Assembly: GCF_964204865.1 (NCBI RefSeq)
Contig: NC_135264.1
Coordinates: 10,974,001-11,038,000, forward strand
Source: Styela clava
Taxonomy: Eukaryota
Direction of reading: 5' to 3'
DNA length: 64,000 nt
Position 1 is the stretch's first letter, and every line of letters begins with the position of its first letter. The position numbers and the translations under genes were made by a program. Positions 37,740 to 51,200 of this stretch are shown one piece after another. The notes under the pieces were generated by a model. It had not been told where the DNA came from, did no database searches, and saw only the letters and a program-made list of their open reading frames with translations.

Positions 37740-40700
37740 ATGGCAACGTTAAGTTTGAAGCCGACCCAACGGTTTGCACCATCGGATTGGTTTTCTTCAA
37801 ATGAATTAATTTCAACGAACGCTGAACGTCAAAGAGTCAGCTCGCATCAGATTCGCCAGGAAAGCAGAGCTTTAGCAAATGGTAAGTGAGTGCTTCAGGG
37901 AAATTACTGTAATAATTCTGAATAGCCTACGAGTTTGATGTCGGAATACAAAAAAAGAAATGTCCTTACAGCCTAATGCAAGACAGATTTTTTCTCAAAA
38001 ATTGAAAAGTTTGGTCTGTATTTTTAAGTCGAACCATATTTTTGCTTGGCATTATTTACGCAGCTAGACTACAGCGTTTATTTTCTCATCACATTTTTGT
38101 TTGAACAGTTATGGAATTTACATTGCTGTACCCCACATTCTTATTATTATTACTGTTTTATGGTGTTAACAATTAATACATCTAAATCTTTCATTAACAG
38201 TTACTGCAAATCAAACCAAGTGGGATCAACATGATAACAATACAAGATTAGATAACAGGATTGATGACATAACAAAATGGAGGGAAACACTTGAAAGATG
38301 TTTAGCGGAAACGGATGATGAAATCAGGGTAATAGTTGAATAGTATTAGAAAGATTTATCATAATCTGATATTCTTCTAAATTCTGATTTAGAGCTTTTC
38401 GAATCATGGTTCTTAACCTTAATATATATTTGTACTCATAAGTTTCTGAAATAAATCATAAAGCTTGAAAGCTATTCTAAAAATTCTTCAGACAAGAAAA
38501 AATTTGTATGAATTGGTGCTCTAGACCAGAGTTTCCCAAACTTTCCGGGCCGCGGACCCCTGTTTGTGGATATTATTTTTTACGAACCCCCATCCTATAT
38601 CAGTTTATGTGCCTAACCATCGAGGAAGGATATTGTTCCATTTGGACACAACAACACAAACGAAATTAATGTTACAGATCAATTTATGACAAGCAAACTC
38701 GTAAGCCCGACTCCACAACAACGATTCTATGCAGTTTTACATATATTTTGACGAAATAAAACCCCAAAAAGTCTGAATTAATACATACTAACGTTAAATA
38801 TTGGTAGGCCATTTATTAAGGAATCGTAACAATTATAATTTTGGGAGTCAACTTACAACTTTATCTCGTTTATGAATGACTATGTAACAGTGGATATACG
38901 TTAGAACAGGGGTGTCAAACATGCGGCCCGCGGGCCGCATGCGGCCCCAGAGAACTTCCAATGCTACCCTCGAACGCTTAACAATAATTGTAATATTTTG
39001 TAAAATTTTTTTTTCATCTAATTGATTATTCACACAAAAAAAGGACAATATACAGAAAGTAGTTTTGAAAAATTAATTTTTTTGTTTGTTTTCAATTTGA
39101 CCCAATTATGGATACACTTCAAGCTAACAAAAAAGAACACGAAGAAAGTAGCATTTTCAAAAAAAGGGGGTTGCGATATTTCTGTCTTTCTTAAAATTCT
39201 AAAGCACATTGTTCAATTTGGCGCATTTCTATCAGCACAATGAAAGAATACAATATAAGTAGACAATATCAGAATAAGCTCATCAGTCAATATGACAAAT
39301 TTGAAGATCAACTTGGAATAGAATATTTTTATGTGTTTATATATATATTACTATAATTAAACAACTACCTAGTTACTAAAAGTCAATATATATAAATCAT
39401 AATCCAAGCGGTCATATGCCACGTGGTGCCAATGGTAGGCAATGTGGCGGGAAATGTATGGTCCGAAAAGTCAGTCATTACTTTTGTTAACAGTATAACC
39501 GATAATCATGTGACCCCGTTAATTAGAGTTGGTACTGTAAAATCATTTCAGCCCGATATTAGTAAGCTGGTGGCACAAAAGAGATGCCAAACGTCAGGAC
39601 ATATGTAATGAAAAAAACATTGAGTTTATTCGTTAGTATTTTTGGGGTATATATTTAGATTAAGTCATTTTTATTATGTATTATTTTTTTTATCAAATCT
39701 TTGTTCAAAATTGTTTCGGGTAGTTGCAAAAAAAACTTGGATTTTTATAATAAATAAATTTGCAATAATAGTAAAATACCAAGAAATCAATATGTAAATG
39801 CCATTTTAAATTTTAGAAAATACCAAAACTCCATTCGGTTATTTAATTGCATCACAATATATGTCACAAACTACACATATCTAAAAATATGCTATTAAGT
39901 TATTATTACATTATCAAAATATATCAAAAGCTGTTTGCGGCCCTTTGCACAATTCCCAAAATGCAATGCGGCCCTTGAAAACCCACGAGTTTGACACCCC
40001 TGCGTTAGAATGTATATATTTCAGACTCCTAATATTGCTGCGAACCCCCTGTGTAGTCGTCACGGACCCCCAGGGGTCTGCGGACCCCAGGTTAGGAAAC
40101 CCTGCTCTAGACAAGGCTGTGGACAAGTCTCTGAAATTTTGATTATGTGCAGCTGGTCATCTATAAATCACTTCTCATATAAAATTGAGCCTCATTTATG
40201 ATATTTTGTAAAACAGTTTTCTTTTTCATTGTTCTAGGCTTTAAATCAGTCCAAGTTAACAACGGAGCAAGCTTTAGAAGCGAAGGCACTGCCACTAGAT
40301 GTTGCCATTGAGTGCTTGACTTTGCGTGAAGGTCGCCAGTCCATTGATATGGTTCGTGACAATGTGGAAGCCGAGTTACATAAGGTTTGTAAGAAGGCAA
40401 TATAAATCGAAGAAACTAAGGATGTCGTCATTATCAGTAGTTGAACTTTTTAACCCAGCAATTCATTTCACGACCTGGGTTTGTATGACTGTAGTTTATT
40501 AGCAATTCAAAATAGATTATACTTGACTTGAGCCAAGGCAACTTTACCACAGTCATTGGCTTGACTGGGACTTGAAATTGCATCAATTTTACTCAAGCAC
40601 AAATGGCAGGCTTTAAGCTAATGAACTGCAATCGATGAAAATGGAATATGGCTTACGTTAAAATGCTTTCTTGGTGCGACTGCTATATATTAAGAGAATT

Positions 40701-43700
40701 GATTGTACATTCACAAACTTTTCTGTAACGCTATTAAACTTACAGGAAGTGGAAGTAATTGAAGGGATCAAAGGTCAACTTCAGAAAAGAATTGCAGAAT
40801 CCTTTGAACAACTTTGGTAAGTGTGGTAATTATTACTGTAACAAATAAGCTACACAATAAAATTTCAACCAGCACTCTATTAAGTTTGAGTCCAAGATAT
40901 ATCTTTAACAATGTCTCAAATATACAAAAATACAAATTAAACTTGATTCTGTAAGCAGGTTTTCACTTCAACGATGATGAAATTTCATATTTTATAGTCT
41001 TTTGCAAGAAGCAAGACAACAATTGCAAAGTGATTTGAAAGACAAGACAGAGGCACAAAGTATTGATCGAACATGTTACGCTCTCAACAATGAATCCGCA
41101 GGGGTTTCATACAAACCGAACCCAACAAGAGTACCAAAGGAGTAGGTTATTGAGTGATTTTATGTTGCTCACTTCTCAAGTTCTATTCACTATAACTGGA
41201 TTGATGAATCATTTTATTGCATTGGTCACACATGATCTTTTCATCATTAAAATGAAGAATGCAGTTCATTGATATAAGCAATGTTAGGAAAAATTTCATA
41301 GCAACTACTATAGTATTTCACTTATTGTTAAATTAAATTGATGCAATACTTCATTATTTGTTGGGTCACTGAAAAAACATGATTGGTAACTCTGTTGTTC
41401 GCTAGCTCTACACTGGAAGTTATTGCCATTGTCAGTTGAATGCTAATATTCCAAGTTGGAAAGACTCTTCAGTCATCATTTATTGAAAACTCAGTGACTC
41501 AAGTTATCTAAATAAAATGACTTTGAGTCGTTACAACCTTATCACAAGTGAGGCTCATCTCAGTCATTGACTCGACTTGACTCAGTGCTAAGCCTTGAGA
41601 TTTCTACTTGACACTGCTATTATTACTAAGTATTTGAACTGCAAGTTCCCATGCCATACAAAGATGGGTTTTATCATAGCAATTCTGTATGGTATTCCAT
41701 ATGGCGAATATGGGGTTCGCATTTGTATCCATATGATTTAACCAGAAGCTCGCAAGCAGGGAGGCCGAACCTTTTATGATGAATGGGTTAATTATTATAT
41801 TCCTAATGTTGAAAAGAACTGTGAGTTATAGGTATTTAATCAGTAAATCAGTATTAACACCAATGAGTAATCTATTCATACATTATTTCTCAAGTTTTAT
41901 AATTCTTGGTTGTTATTGTGTGATTGCCTACCTTCATACCAGTATACCATAGTAGTTACCTCATTATTATTTAATTTTTTTTTTTATAACTCAAATGTCT
42001 GTATATTATTTTGCATTTATTCATGAGTTGTTAGCCATCCCTGCACTAGTGTTCATTGAATTATCCCTTTTTCAGCCTGTAATTGACCATCGTTTGTCAC
42101 TTCAAAATCGTGCCCAGAAGGTTTTACATCATGCATAAACAGAAAAATCATTATTTATGCATTGTTTAGGAGTACTACACCCGAGGCTTGGCATCAATTC
42201 TCGCAATACAACAAAGACCGTGCTGAAGCAGAAATGAGGGCAAGTGTCACTTTACGAGAAGCGACTGCTGCTACTTTGGCACAAACTCGAAATGAGTTGG
42301 AAGCGCAGAGAAATGCAACTGAATTTGCCTACCGTAAGCGTATTCATGAAACTGAGAGAGCAGAGGGAGAATTGGAATGGCAGAGAAAGAACGTGAGCAC
42401 ATTTAATTGAATTAAGTTTAAATTTTGATACGTAATATAGCTAAAGATAATTGTTATAGATTTGATAGTATTGAAAAATTCAAATATAAAAATCCCCAAT
42501 CATGTTTTTCTATCCCTAATCATGTGATGAAATTGTTACAATCATGCTAAGTGTTAGATATACGATTACTATCGCACCTCTGATTACTCTGCATGGGTTC
42601 ACTGGTTCAAATTCTGTGGAGTATAATTATGTGCCAAAAGACTGCACGACTCCTTACCCCAGGTAACCACTGTTCGGTTACGGCTTCCTCCGCCATAAAG
42701 TCCATGCATTTGAATCAAATAATTGGCTATCTAATCCCATGCCGTACATCAAATGGTAAAGGGACAACAGGCCGTAGTACGCCTGGTATCTATTATGGTT
42801 TCTTTTTTATTTTACTGATTTGTTATCTACTTTTCTTTTTGTCTATGTTCATCAAATACTTTTTATAAATATTTTTTTGCTTGCTAATCCAAGATGAAAT
42901 ATTTCAGACGAAAGAAGAGATTGAAGAAGTGGAAGCTGATATTCGTAACCTTGAGGAAGCAATTCGTGCCAAAGCAGCTCCATTGAAAGTTGCTCATACA
43001 AGACTGGAAACAAGAACTTACAGACCTAACGTGGAACTTTGCAGAGATAAGGTACTAAATTCAATTTTGCTAAGCGTTAGGAATACGCTCGCCACCGCAA
43101 CTCTGATTACCCTGCGTGGGTCCGCAGGTTCGAATCCCATGCAGGGATGGTTATGTGCGAGAGGATTGCTGGACTCCTCGCCACCTGGTCGGTTACGGCT
43201 TTCTCCACCATCAAGTCCACTTTTCTGAAAACTGGCTAGCAAATCTCATACCCGACGTGGACTGTTAACCGGACGAGATGATGTGGTTCACCATATGATT
43301 GATCTGTCTTATCGACTTAACTCTTCCTCGGGATAAATATGTAAATCCTATCACAACCAAACTATTTTCATATATTGAAATAAGGGATGTTAAATCAAAC
43401 ATATAGTCGTATTATAAATATCATTTTTATATGCAATATTTCTATGCCTTTGTCCTGAACATGTCTCTGCATAAGAAGTGTCTGATATCTGAGGAGTTAA
43501 TGTTTTTCATCATTTCAATCATTTACACTACATATACAAATCATGACTATATTATAGTTAATACAAAGTCGAGCATCCATTACTCATATTTGTCATAAGG
43601 AATCTCTGACTGTTTATAGTACACTGTAACCTCGATAAGCACATATGTGGGTGTATATTCAATATACCTACAATACATATAACATTTAAACTGAATTACT

Positions 43701-44604
43701 TTGTTTTGTATACAAAAGGTGGAATGTCATCTTTTGTCGTGAAGTCGTTTTCTTATTTCTATATGAACATTTCTTTTATTATTTTAAAGATTATACTGTA
43801 TATTCACATATAATGAAGTATTGATGGATCATCGACTATAATTGACTATCTCTAATCCACTCAAAAAAACCAAGGTATTGATGGATCACCGACTATAATT
43901 GACCATCTCTAATTCACTTGAAAAAAACAAGGTGCCATGAACTTATGCATGGACTGAAGTTTTAACTTTAAAAAGCAATCAGATGAAATAAATAAATGAA
44001 ACTGTTACTTAACTTGAATTCATATGTCATTTCTACTCGAAAATAAATTTTCAGCCTCAATATGGATTGGTTGAAGAAGTCAGACAGATTGAAGGAAGTA
44101 TTTCTCAATTAAAAGAAAAACTAGCTCAAGCACAGTAAGTATTACTTGATTAATATCACTGTAGTTAGGTGAATTCTATGACTTATTTTTATATTATCAC
44201 GAGAGTATTAAAAACTCGTATCAGCTTTATATAAAGCTATCAATCATGTTTCAACGGAACCAACTACTGAATCTCTTCTGTGTTTTTGCGCTGATTGGTT
44301 GTCTTATAATAAGCCTTCTTCATTACTGGAATAAATATGAAAATCCTATCTGGACACGTTTTTATTTCTTACCAGCCACGCGAGAGACGCTTTATACAAG
44401 CATCTATATCGCATCGAAGAGGACCTTGCTTGCAAACGCAATTCATTGGATTTGGATAGAAGATGCGTGGACGTTCGTCGCAAACTCATTGTACCAGCTG
44501 AAACCTTTGTGGCAGAACGTCCATCAGATGACTTCTCCCGTACCCAGCAACGTCGATCCACACCTGTGTCTCCTATCAAAACCAGTCAGCTTGATTTAGA
44601 GTGA
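37740..44604 (+). CDS. TEKT2: Tektin-2 (axonemal tektin), 435 aa
   Basis: Exons 37740-37881, 38201-38328, 40238-40384, 40746-40816, 40998-41141, 42170-42392, 42908-43051, 44055-44134, 44376-44604 = 1308 nt in frame. Tektin signature RPNVELCRD. The N-terminus MATLSLKP...SHQIRQE, LPLDVAIECLTLRE and NKDRAEAEM match recalled vertebrate TEKT2. Confidence 0.95.
38527..40104. mobile_element. hAT-type MITE in tektin intron 2 (host of a nested element)
   Basis: Ends CAGAGTTTCCCAAAC / GTTAGGAAACCCTG, perfect TSD CTCTAGAC. Confidence 0.9.
38907..40002. mobile_element. Nested hAT (Charlie-like) MITE
   Basis: TIRs CAGGGGTGTCAAAC / GTTTGACACCCCTG, gcggccc subterminal motifs, perfect TSD CGTTAGAA. Confidence 0.92.
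42543..42745 (+). mobile_element. Degraded tRNA-derived SINE
   Basis: Diverged match to the element at 43068 (gctaag.gttag, ctctgattac, ggttc.aat, cggttacggctt). Confidence 0.6.
43068..43352 (+). mobile_element. tRNA-derived SINE in tektin intron 7
   Basis: Pol III B-box GGTTCGAATCCC at 43127-43138 in a GC-richer ~290-bp segment. A second copy lies 500 bp upstream. No complete cloverleaf. Confidence 0.7.
43818..43932. repeat. Two-copy ~57-bp tandem repeat
   Basis: gtattgatggatca.cgactataattgac.atctctaat.cact occurs at 43818 and 43875. Confidence 0.85.
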
Positions 44605-46426
44605 TTTGACTCTTTTGCTTCTCGTTTTATTGATACTTTAAAATGAAATGTCTATTCTTTATTTTATTTTTTGAAGCCATTCGCACTTTTGTGGACTAGA
44701 TTAAGTTTTGTTAGCCCGTCAATAAATTTTAGTTTGCGTTTCACTAATTCACTGTTTTTAAAGTGCATCATCACTTACTCGCCACCGAGAAATCTTTATT
44801 CGATTTGTCACTTTAATTGACTTTATAAACCTGCCTGCATTACAAAACTGCTTTTGTCATTTTGCAACTCCGAAATTATCATTTATCATGCTTGAGTAAC
44901 TTAGCAAAACGCCTTTTCAATAATTGGCCGGCAAAAATAATAAAATGCATTTTCAATTATTGACCGATCACATCATAGTGATATAGTTTTGTTACTTTTC
45001 CACAATGTTGTTAAATGCTGTTGTGGTCGATAATTTTCACACTGTCATGTAATAAATGTAATGCATGCGTTGTAAAATAGTTACTGTCCGTTCCTTCGAG
45101 GGAATTCAGGCGGTTGAGTAGACGCGAAATGCAGCGTAGAATAGGATGGACATTACATATTGGATTTTAAATTGTAGTAAATCAGGTGGCTCTGTAGGAA
45201 GACAAGATGCGGTCTTAGGGATAAATACTGTTCACCCTAATATTCAAAGTTCGATTCCCACGTTATTAATTTCACGTGTTATGGAATGTGACTCCAATCT
45301 GGAATCCCTCAGATGATAATAAGCTCACGATGTTGATTGTCGAATTGTTGTATATTATTGAAAAGATGCACGATCCAAATTCCAAATACAGATGAAATTG
45401 TACACACTTAATTCTTAATGCAGTAAGATTACGGTCAGATCACAAGTCATATATCGAGTGAAACAAAAACACAATATTATAGAGCATTCTCGGCAGACCG
45501 GAAACGATACGTGGTCGAAACTAGAAAGGCAATACATGGAACGAATGCATTATCGCTGTTGCGAAACATAATGCGGCCTATTTTGTGAAATATTACATGC
45601 TATTAATATGAAAGAGTTAAATACATTATAATCCATCGTTACACAATGCACATTCGCTACAGCTCAATTGAATACCATAGTATCCGCAATACAACAAATA
45701 AAATCAACGCTAAATAGATTTGGTAACTTATCACGGTACCAGGTGCTAATCGATATTTAATTAAGATATATGCCTCATTTCTGTGAAATACACATATGGG
45801 AAATTAAATATATTTATTGTTGAGAGGAATTGAAACCAACCTCCGATTTAACTCACTGCCTTACCTTATTTGCACCGTCGATACCTAAAAGCTGGGTTAT
45901 CACACAAACATTTTTGTGGAAAATTCATAGCCTTTTTAGTTTATTTCAGGCTAATTTGTTGTTTGGAGGATGCTTCCTCTGTCGTCACACGGCGACGAAT
46001 ACCACTGTAGCGCCTTCACGATTCCCCAGTCTGTCAGACACACTTTAACGAGGCAATGTCTTTATCATCAGCATACGATTATCGTACAACATAACATTCG
46101 CAATACAACGATCCAGCCGGATGTAAAAACAGTGAATAATGATCTTATATAGTGAATAAGCATGTACGGAATAAATACAATCGAGTATGTAACTGAGATA
46201 AATTATATCGGAACTGATTCGTCATTGTGTTGTGGCTTGGGGCTATTAAACTTAATTGTGTCCAGTGAAAAAAAAGTTGAGGAGGTTTATAATTCTGAAA
46301 AGTGGCAACAAACTGGTTTTATTATTAATTTAAAAAACAACAATAAAATCTCACTAAAATAACAATATAATCCCTATAAATGTGGTTCTATACAATCAGA
46401 GATTTACAGATTTTTGTCGTTTACGG

Positions 46427-46574
46427 CTTGCATAAAGTGGACTTAGATTTCTACTAGTATTCTATTCTATACGGGACATATTAAAGTGTGCTTTGACATA
46501 CTAATTTGCGTTTGATTCCTACAGGGTTTACTTTTAAAAATTCGAATCTCGCAAACGAAGTCCACTTTATGCAA
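46427..46574. repeat. Short inverted repeat, probable MITE remnant
   Basis: ttgcataaagtggactt ... aagtccactttatgcaa, a perfect 17-bp inverted pair. Confidence 0.6.
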
Positions 46575-48297
46575 ACGGGGGAGACCAAAAATTTATCAAT
46601 TTTGAATTAACCTTTTAACAAAGTGAAGTCATCTATGAAGCACGAGTATAATAATTCGAGAGGAAAAGAAAAAGATGCTGCCAGCTCCCCAGAGGTGTAT
46701 GACTCATTCACTAAAAATGCATTCGTGCTGTTCAGGACTTATAACGCCCAAATAAGAGCTGTATTATAGCAATTCCGTACGTATGCTCTTCCGTATTGCG
46801 GCATTGGTGTTACTATTGGTATTCAATCATGCACTATTGCACGGCTAGAGAACCTTTGCGGTTGCACGAGTCAATAATTATACTTCATGAAATAGAGACT
46901 GTATGTTATTATGTATTTAATCAATGCTTAAATCGAGGAGAAACTTATTCTGCAAGTATAATAATTCGTGGTTGGTAATGTGTAGTTTTGAGCTTTATTA
47001 CCAGTAAATGTATAAACAAGTACGGTACCGTGGCATTTTTCGTATCTTTTCCAGTGTTTGGTTTTGTAATGTATCCTTTCGTGACATATATTACCCATTT
47101 GGAGGTTTATCGTTCTTGGGGCAAGGAAATACGTTCCCTACCAGTAATATGCTGAATATAGCATCGCAGGGTTTGCAACACCCTTAGATACTATCTATAT
47201 TATATAGTATATACTATAATTTTGTGGTAAATATGTTTACAACTTATACGGCCGTATTTATATACATTGTTGAAATCGAATTTATATGATGTATTCGGAT
47301 TCGGTGTCGTATATTAAAGCCAAGGTGGGATATGCGATCAGAGACTGGCGTTTGATCAATTTGTGTGGATTGTGGGAATGTTTGAAAGGTGTGTGATTAT
47401 ATTTTGTTATATTCGCCGATCTAACTTGCCAGGGCTGCGATCGCTCATATGCAAATTGTTAATTTTCAAGGCCGTTATGGTAATTTTAAAAGCCCTAGTT
47501 TTGGACGAATAACTGCACCGCTTTGTACCGTTATTCAGCTATTGGCTCTGACATCGTTTATGACATAACAATTCAATTGATCAGTTCCTTTTTTTGCAAC
47601 GTATTGACTCTGTGAAACAGTGAATCTTCAGACTGTTTTGGGGGTTATACGAGAACTAGATGCTACTTTGCATTTTATTAGTATCTCGCCTACGATGCCG
47701 TTGAGAAAAAAAAATCTTTCAGACTTGAAATAAAAACCTAGAAATCTGAAATATCAACAGGGCAGTGTAAAAGTGTCTTAATGTGGTTGAAGGCTGATCG
47801 AAAAATATAACACTCAGAGTGGAATTCCCTCCGAACTCTTTGGAATCGTAAAATAATTTGCCGCATCATCCTAAACGTTTTTGATAATTCATATGCGTGT
47901 TTTCGTACTCTGATTCCATAAATTCGAGTGCCATGAAAGTCCCTGATAAAATGCTGCATAAGTAAAGCCCAAAACTACACCAACTGAAGCTTATAAGATT
48001 GTTTCATAAGTTTTTTATAGATGCAAACATTGATTATATTTATATATCTGTGATCCACTCTCTTCGGTTCCGCGATAAAAATATAATTTTTGACCCATTC
48101 ATTGAAAAAGGTTCGCCATCCCTGTTATATAATATCAACCTTTGTATCCAATGTTCCTCGTTCATGTCATGTATTTATCGTTCTCAGTAGCCCCATGTGA
48201 GATTAATTGCTCAGAGAAGCTCATAGAGCAATTCTCTTTTATATTTAGAATAAATTCTTACATTTCACAGCAATGCCCCCGCGTTAAGAGTTAGAAT

Positions 48298-51200
48298 ATG
48301 GATTTGTCGCCAGCTGAAGAAATGACGCCATTAGGAAATGATGGCAACCCGCAAGAATATAAGGAAGAAAACATAACATATAATATGAAACATAAAAAGC
48401 ATGGGACGAGAAAGACCGCTAAGCAATTTTGGATATTCAATATATGTTTTTTGCTGGCTTTTGCGCCATACCTCTCAATTCTGGGTTTACAAAGCAGTAT
48501 CAACATCGAAGAGGGCATTGGTAATGTTTTAATATATTTAATATAGATATATCACAAAATTTTTGAAGCTTTTAACTAAACATCGACTCTATTTATTGTT
48601 TTATATTGCAGGAACACTTTCCTTGGGAGTGGCTTATGCATCGTCAATTGTTTTTGCTTTATTTATAACTCCCATTGCTGTTAGAAGGTGAGCATGGTTT
48701 TATGTTTAATGCAACAGTTAACTGAATGCATTTATTGCTTTATTGAATCAAATGCCCTTCGTTCAGATTGGGGTCACACCGAGCAATTGTCATTGGCGAA
48801 TTGGGATATTTGATTTACATTTTGGCTAACTTCTACCCCAGTGAGTATTTTAAACCAAGTTTATATAATTCTAGTTTGTTACATTTGCTTCTTTCTACTG
48901 TATTCTCTCTTATCTTTATCTTCAGAATCTTACATCATGATAATCGCTGGCGCTATAGTTGGGTGCGGTGAGGCCTTGGTGTGGACGACATTACCAATGT
49001 ATTTCTGGCATTTTGGGTATCAACATGGAGAGTTTGGAACCAAACCGTTTGAATCATATGTTTTGAAGTATACTGGCCTATTTTACACGGTGTTTCAATT
49101 GGGTCAGGTAAGTGTGATTCATTTATAAGATAATATCGAATTCAAAATCTACTTGCAGTCTTATAAAACGCACGCTTATAAAATAAAAGGTTTTGCCAGA
49201 ATGGTAATCGAGTTAGGAAAAATGTATACTATTTCATTAATGAGATTGATTATATGTAGTATTACTGCAGTACCATAAATCCATTATGTTCATGGGCTCT
49301 GAAAATACTCTATAAATGCCAGTTGATCTGGTGTCAAATGTTTAAGGGAAAATACTATATACTGTATAGTATAGACTCAGTGGTTCCCAAACTTTTTAGA
49401 GTTGGGACCCACTATTTATTACCACAGCTTATGGCGACCCATTTAACTTTTTATGACATAACACAGAACACAGTAATGGCAGCTAATCATAAGACCTGGC
49501 CTGAAAATAAGACCTAATTTGAATTTTAAATTGATTTTATTTAAACCCTACGCTTAAAATAAATTTAAAATGTGTGGAAGAGGAAAGGTTCAATGACCTT
49601 GGGTAAGGTGAAGTTCACGCCACTATTAAAGATTGTGTGATATCACAATTATGATATTTGTCGCCTGATTTTTGTATAGGAAATACAAATAAAAACAATG
49701 GAAGTCGGTTTCTATATAATGTTTATTAAAAAATCTCGTGATTTTTACAATGTAATTTTATATTTGATAAATGAACACAGGACCTTTTCCAAAAAAAACC
49801 ATAGTGTTATTCTTCAAAAGAAAATAAATCTAAATCCTGCCTAAATTTCGGGGAAACACGGTAAAGAGTGTTTTCTGGCAAATTTTTGTTCGTTTACAAA
49901 GATCGTAAAAAGGAAACTTTTACAGATTAGAATTTAAATTCAATTTAATTTATTTTGTTTTTTTGAAGATTTACGTGTTCGAGTCGCCACCGATCCTAAT
50001 AACCAGTATAACGAGAATATCGGTCGGAGACCGAAGACTTATCGATCGCTAGGGGATCCCCAAAACAGAAACTGCGGTTTCGATTCATGCGCTCTTACTT
50101 CATAGCGACATCGCGTGTCCCATCACTAATGAATTAATACCTCGCTAATTATACGACATAATTCAATCAACAGGCTTCTAATCCGAGATATGATGAATGC
50201 ACATGCAATATTCGGAGCGGATTCAATCTCGCTTTCGTGAGATATCGCGTGTATCTAACAAACAAATACACAAAAAGAAAAATACCTATCAACATACTTA
50301 CCGACCAAGATCGATAAGTAATGAATCAAAGCTTTCTACATCTTTTCACGACCCACTAAGTTTCCTTTCCTTTCCCATAGTTTGGGAACCGCTGGATAGT
50401 GTATGCAATTCGAAATTTTATTAATACTCAATTTTAAACCGGAGCCGCCAAATTTAGAGGCATAGGAGTCCAGTATCGTGGTATCAGTGATATAGCAAGC
50501 GGGGTAGTTTATAAAATTATTTACCTCATTCAGATTTTTGGCAGTTCCGTCAGCTATGGCGTGTTATATGGATTCAAAAATAAAACACAAGAAATCTCTA
50601 TATCATACAATTCATCCTCCGATCTTTTGCATGAAAACGAAACGGAGATGAACCTAAAATCACACCTTCAGTATCAATATTGTGGAGCAAACGATTGTCA
50701 AAGTCCAAATGTTACCAGCGAAAACATCGATAGCTACGTTCCGGCCGATCCATACTCATTGTATATCGTAATTTCTATATTTTGCGCAATCTCTCTCAGT
50801 GGAATTTGCCTTCATTTTAAATTTCTTCCGAGAGCCAAGTCAAAGCCACTAGAAATTGAATCTGATGATCAAAATGTATTGCACCAAAAAAAGGATACCG
50901 ACGATTCAAGTGAGATCATTATCCAGGTAATCGAGCAATTCATTTTTCTTGTATGCAGACTAAATAATATTAGTCGATCCAAAAGAGAAAAAACAAAATC
51001 GCTCCAATAGTAGGACGTAGGAGATTCCTACAATGCCACCTAAACTTTTTTCAACAAGTAGTCTCTCAAGCTAAATGCTTTGTCGTCATGTAATTGATCC
51101 AAATCAATTGGAATAAAGAGTTTATAAGTTGCGAGTAGCGACAATTGACATCTATATCTAGGTTGATAATATAATCAGGGGAAGGGCATTATTAAAAAAA

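Noticed and set aside
43068-43145. Possible tRNA gene
   Set aside because: A B-box is present but I could not fold a full cloverleaf. It continues into a repeat body with a second degraded copy, so it is a SINE.
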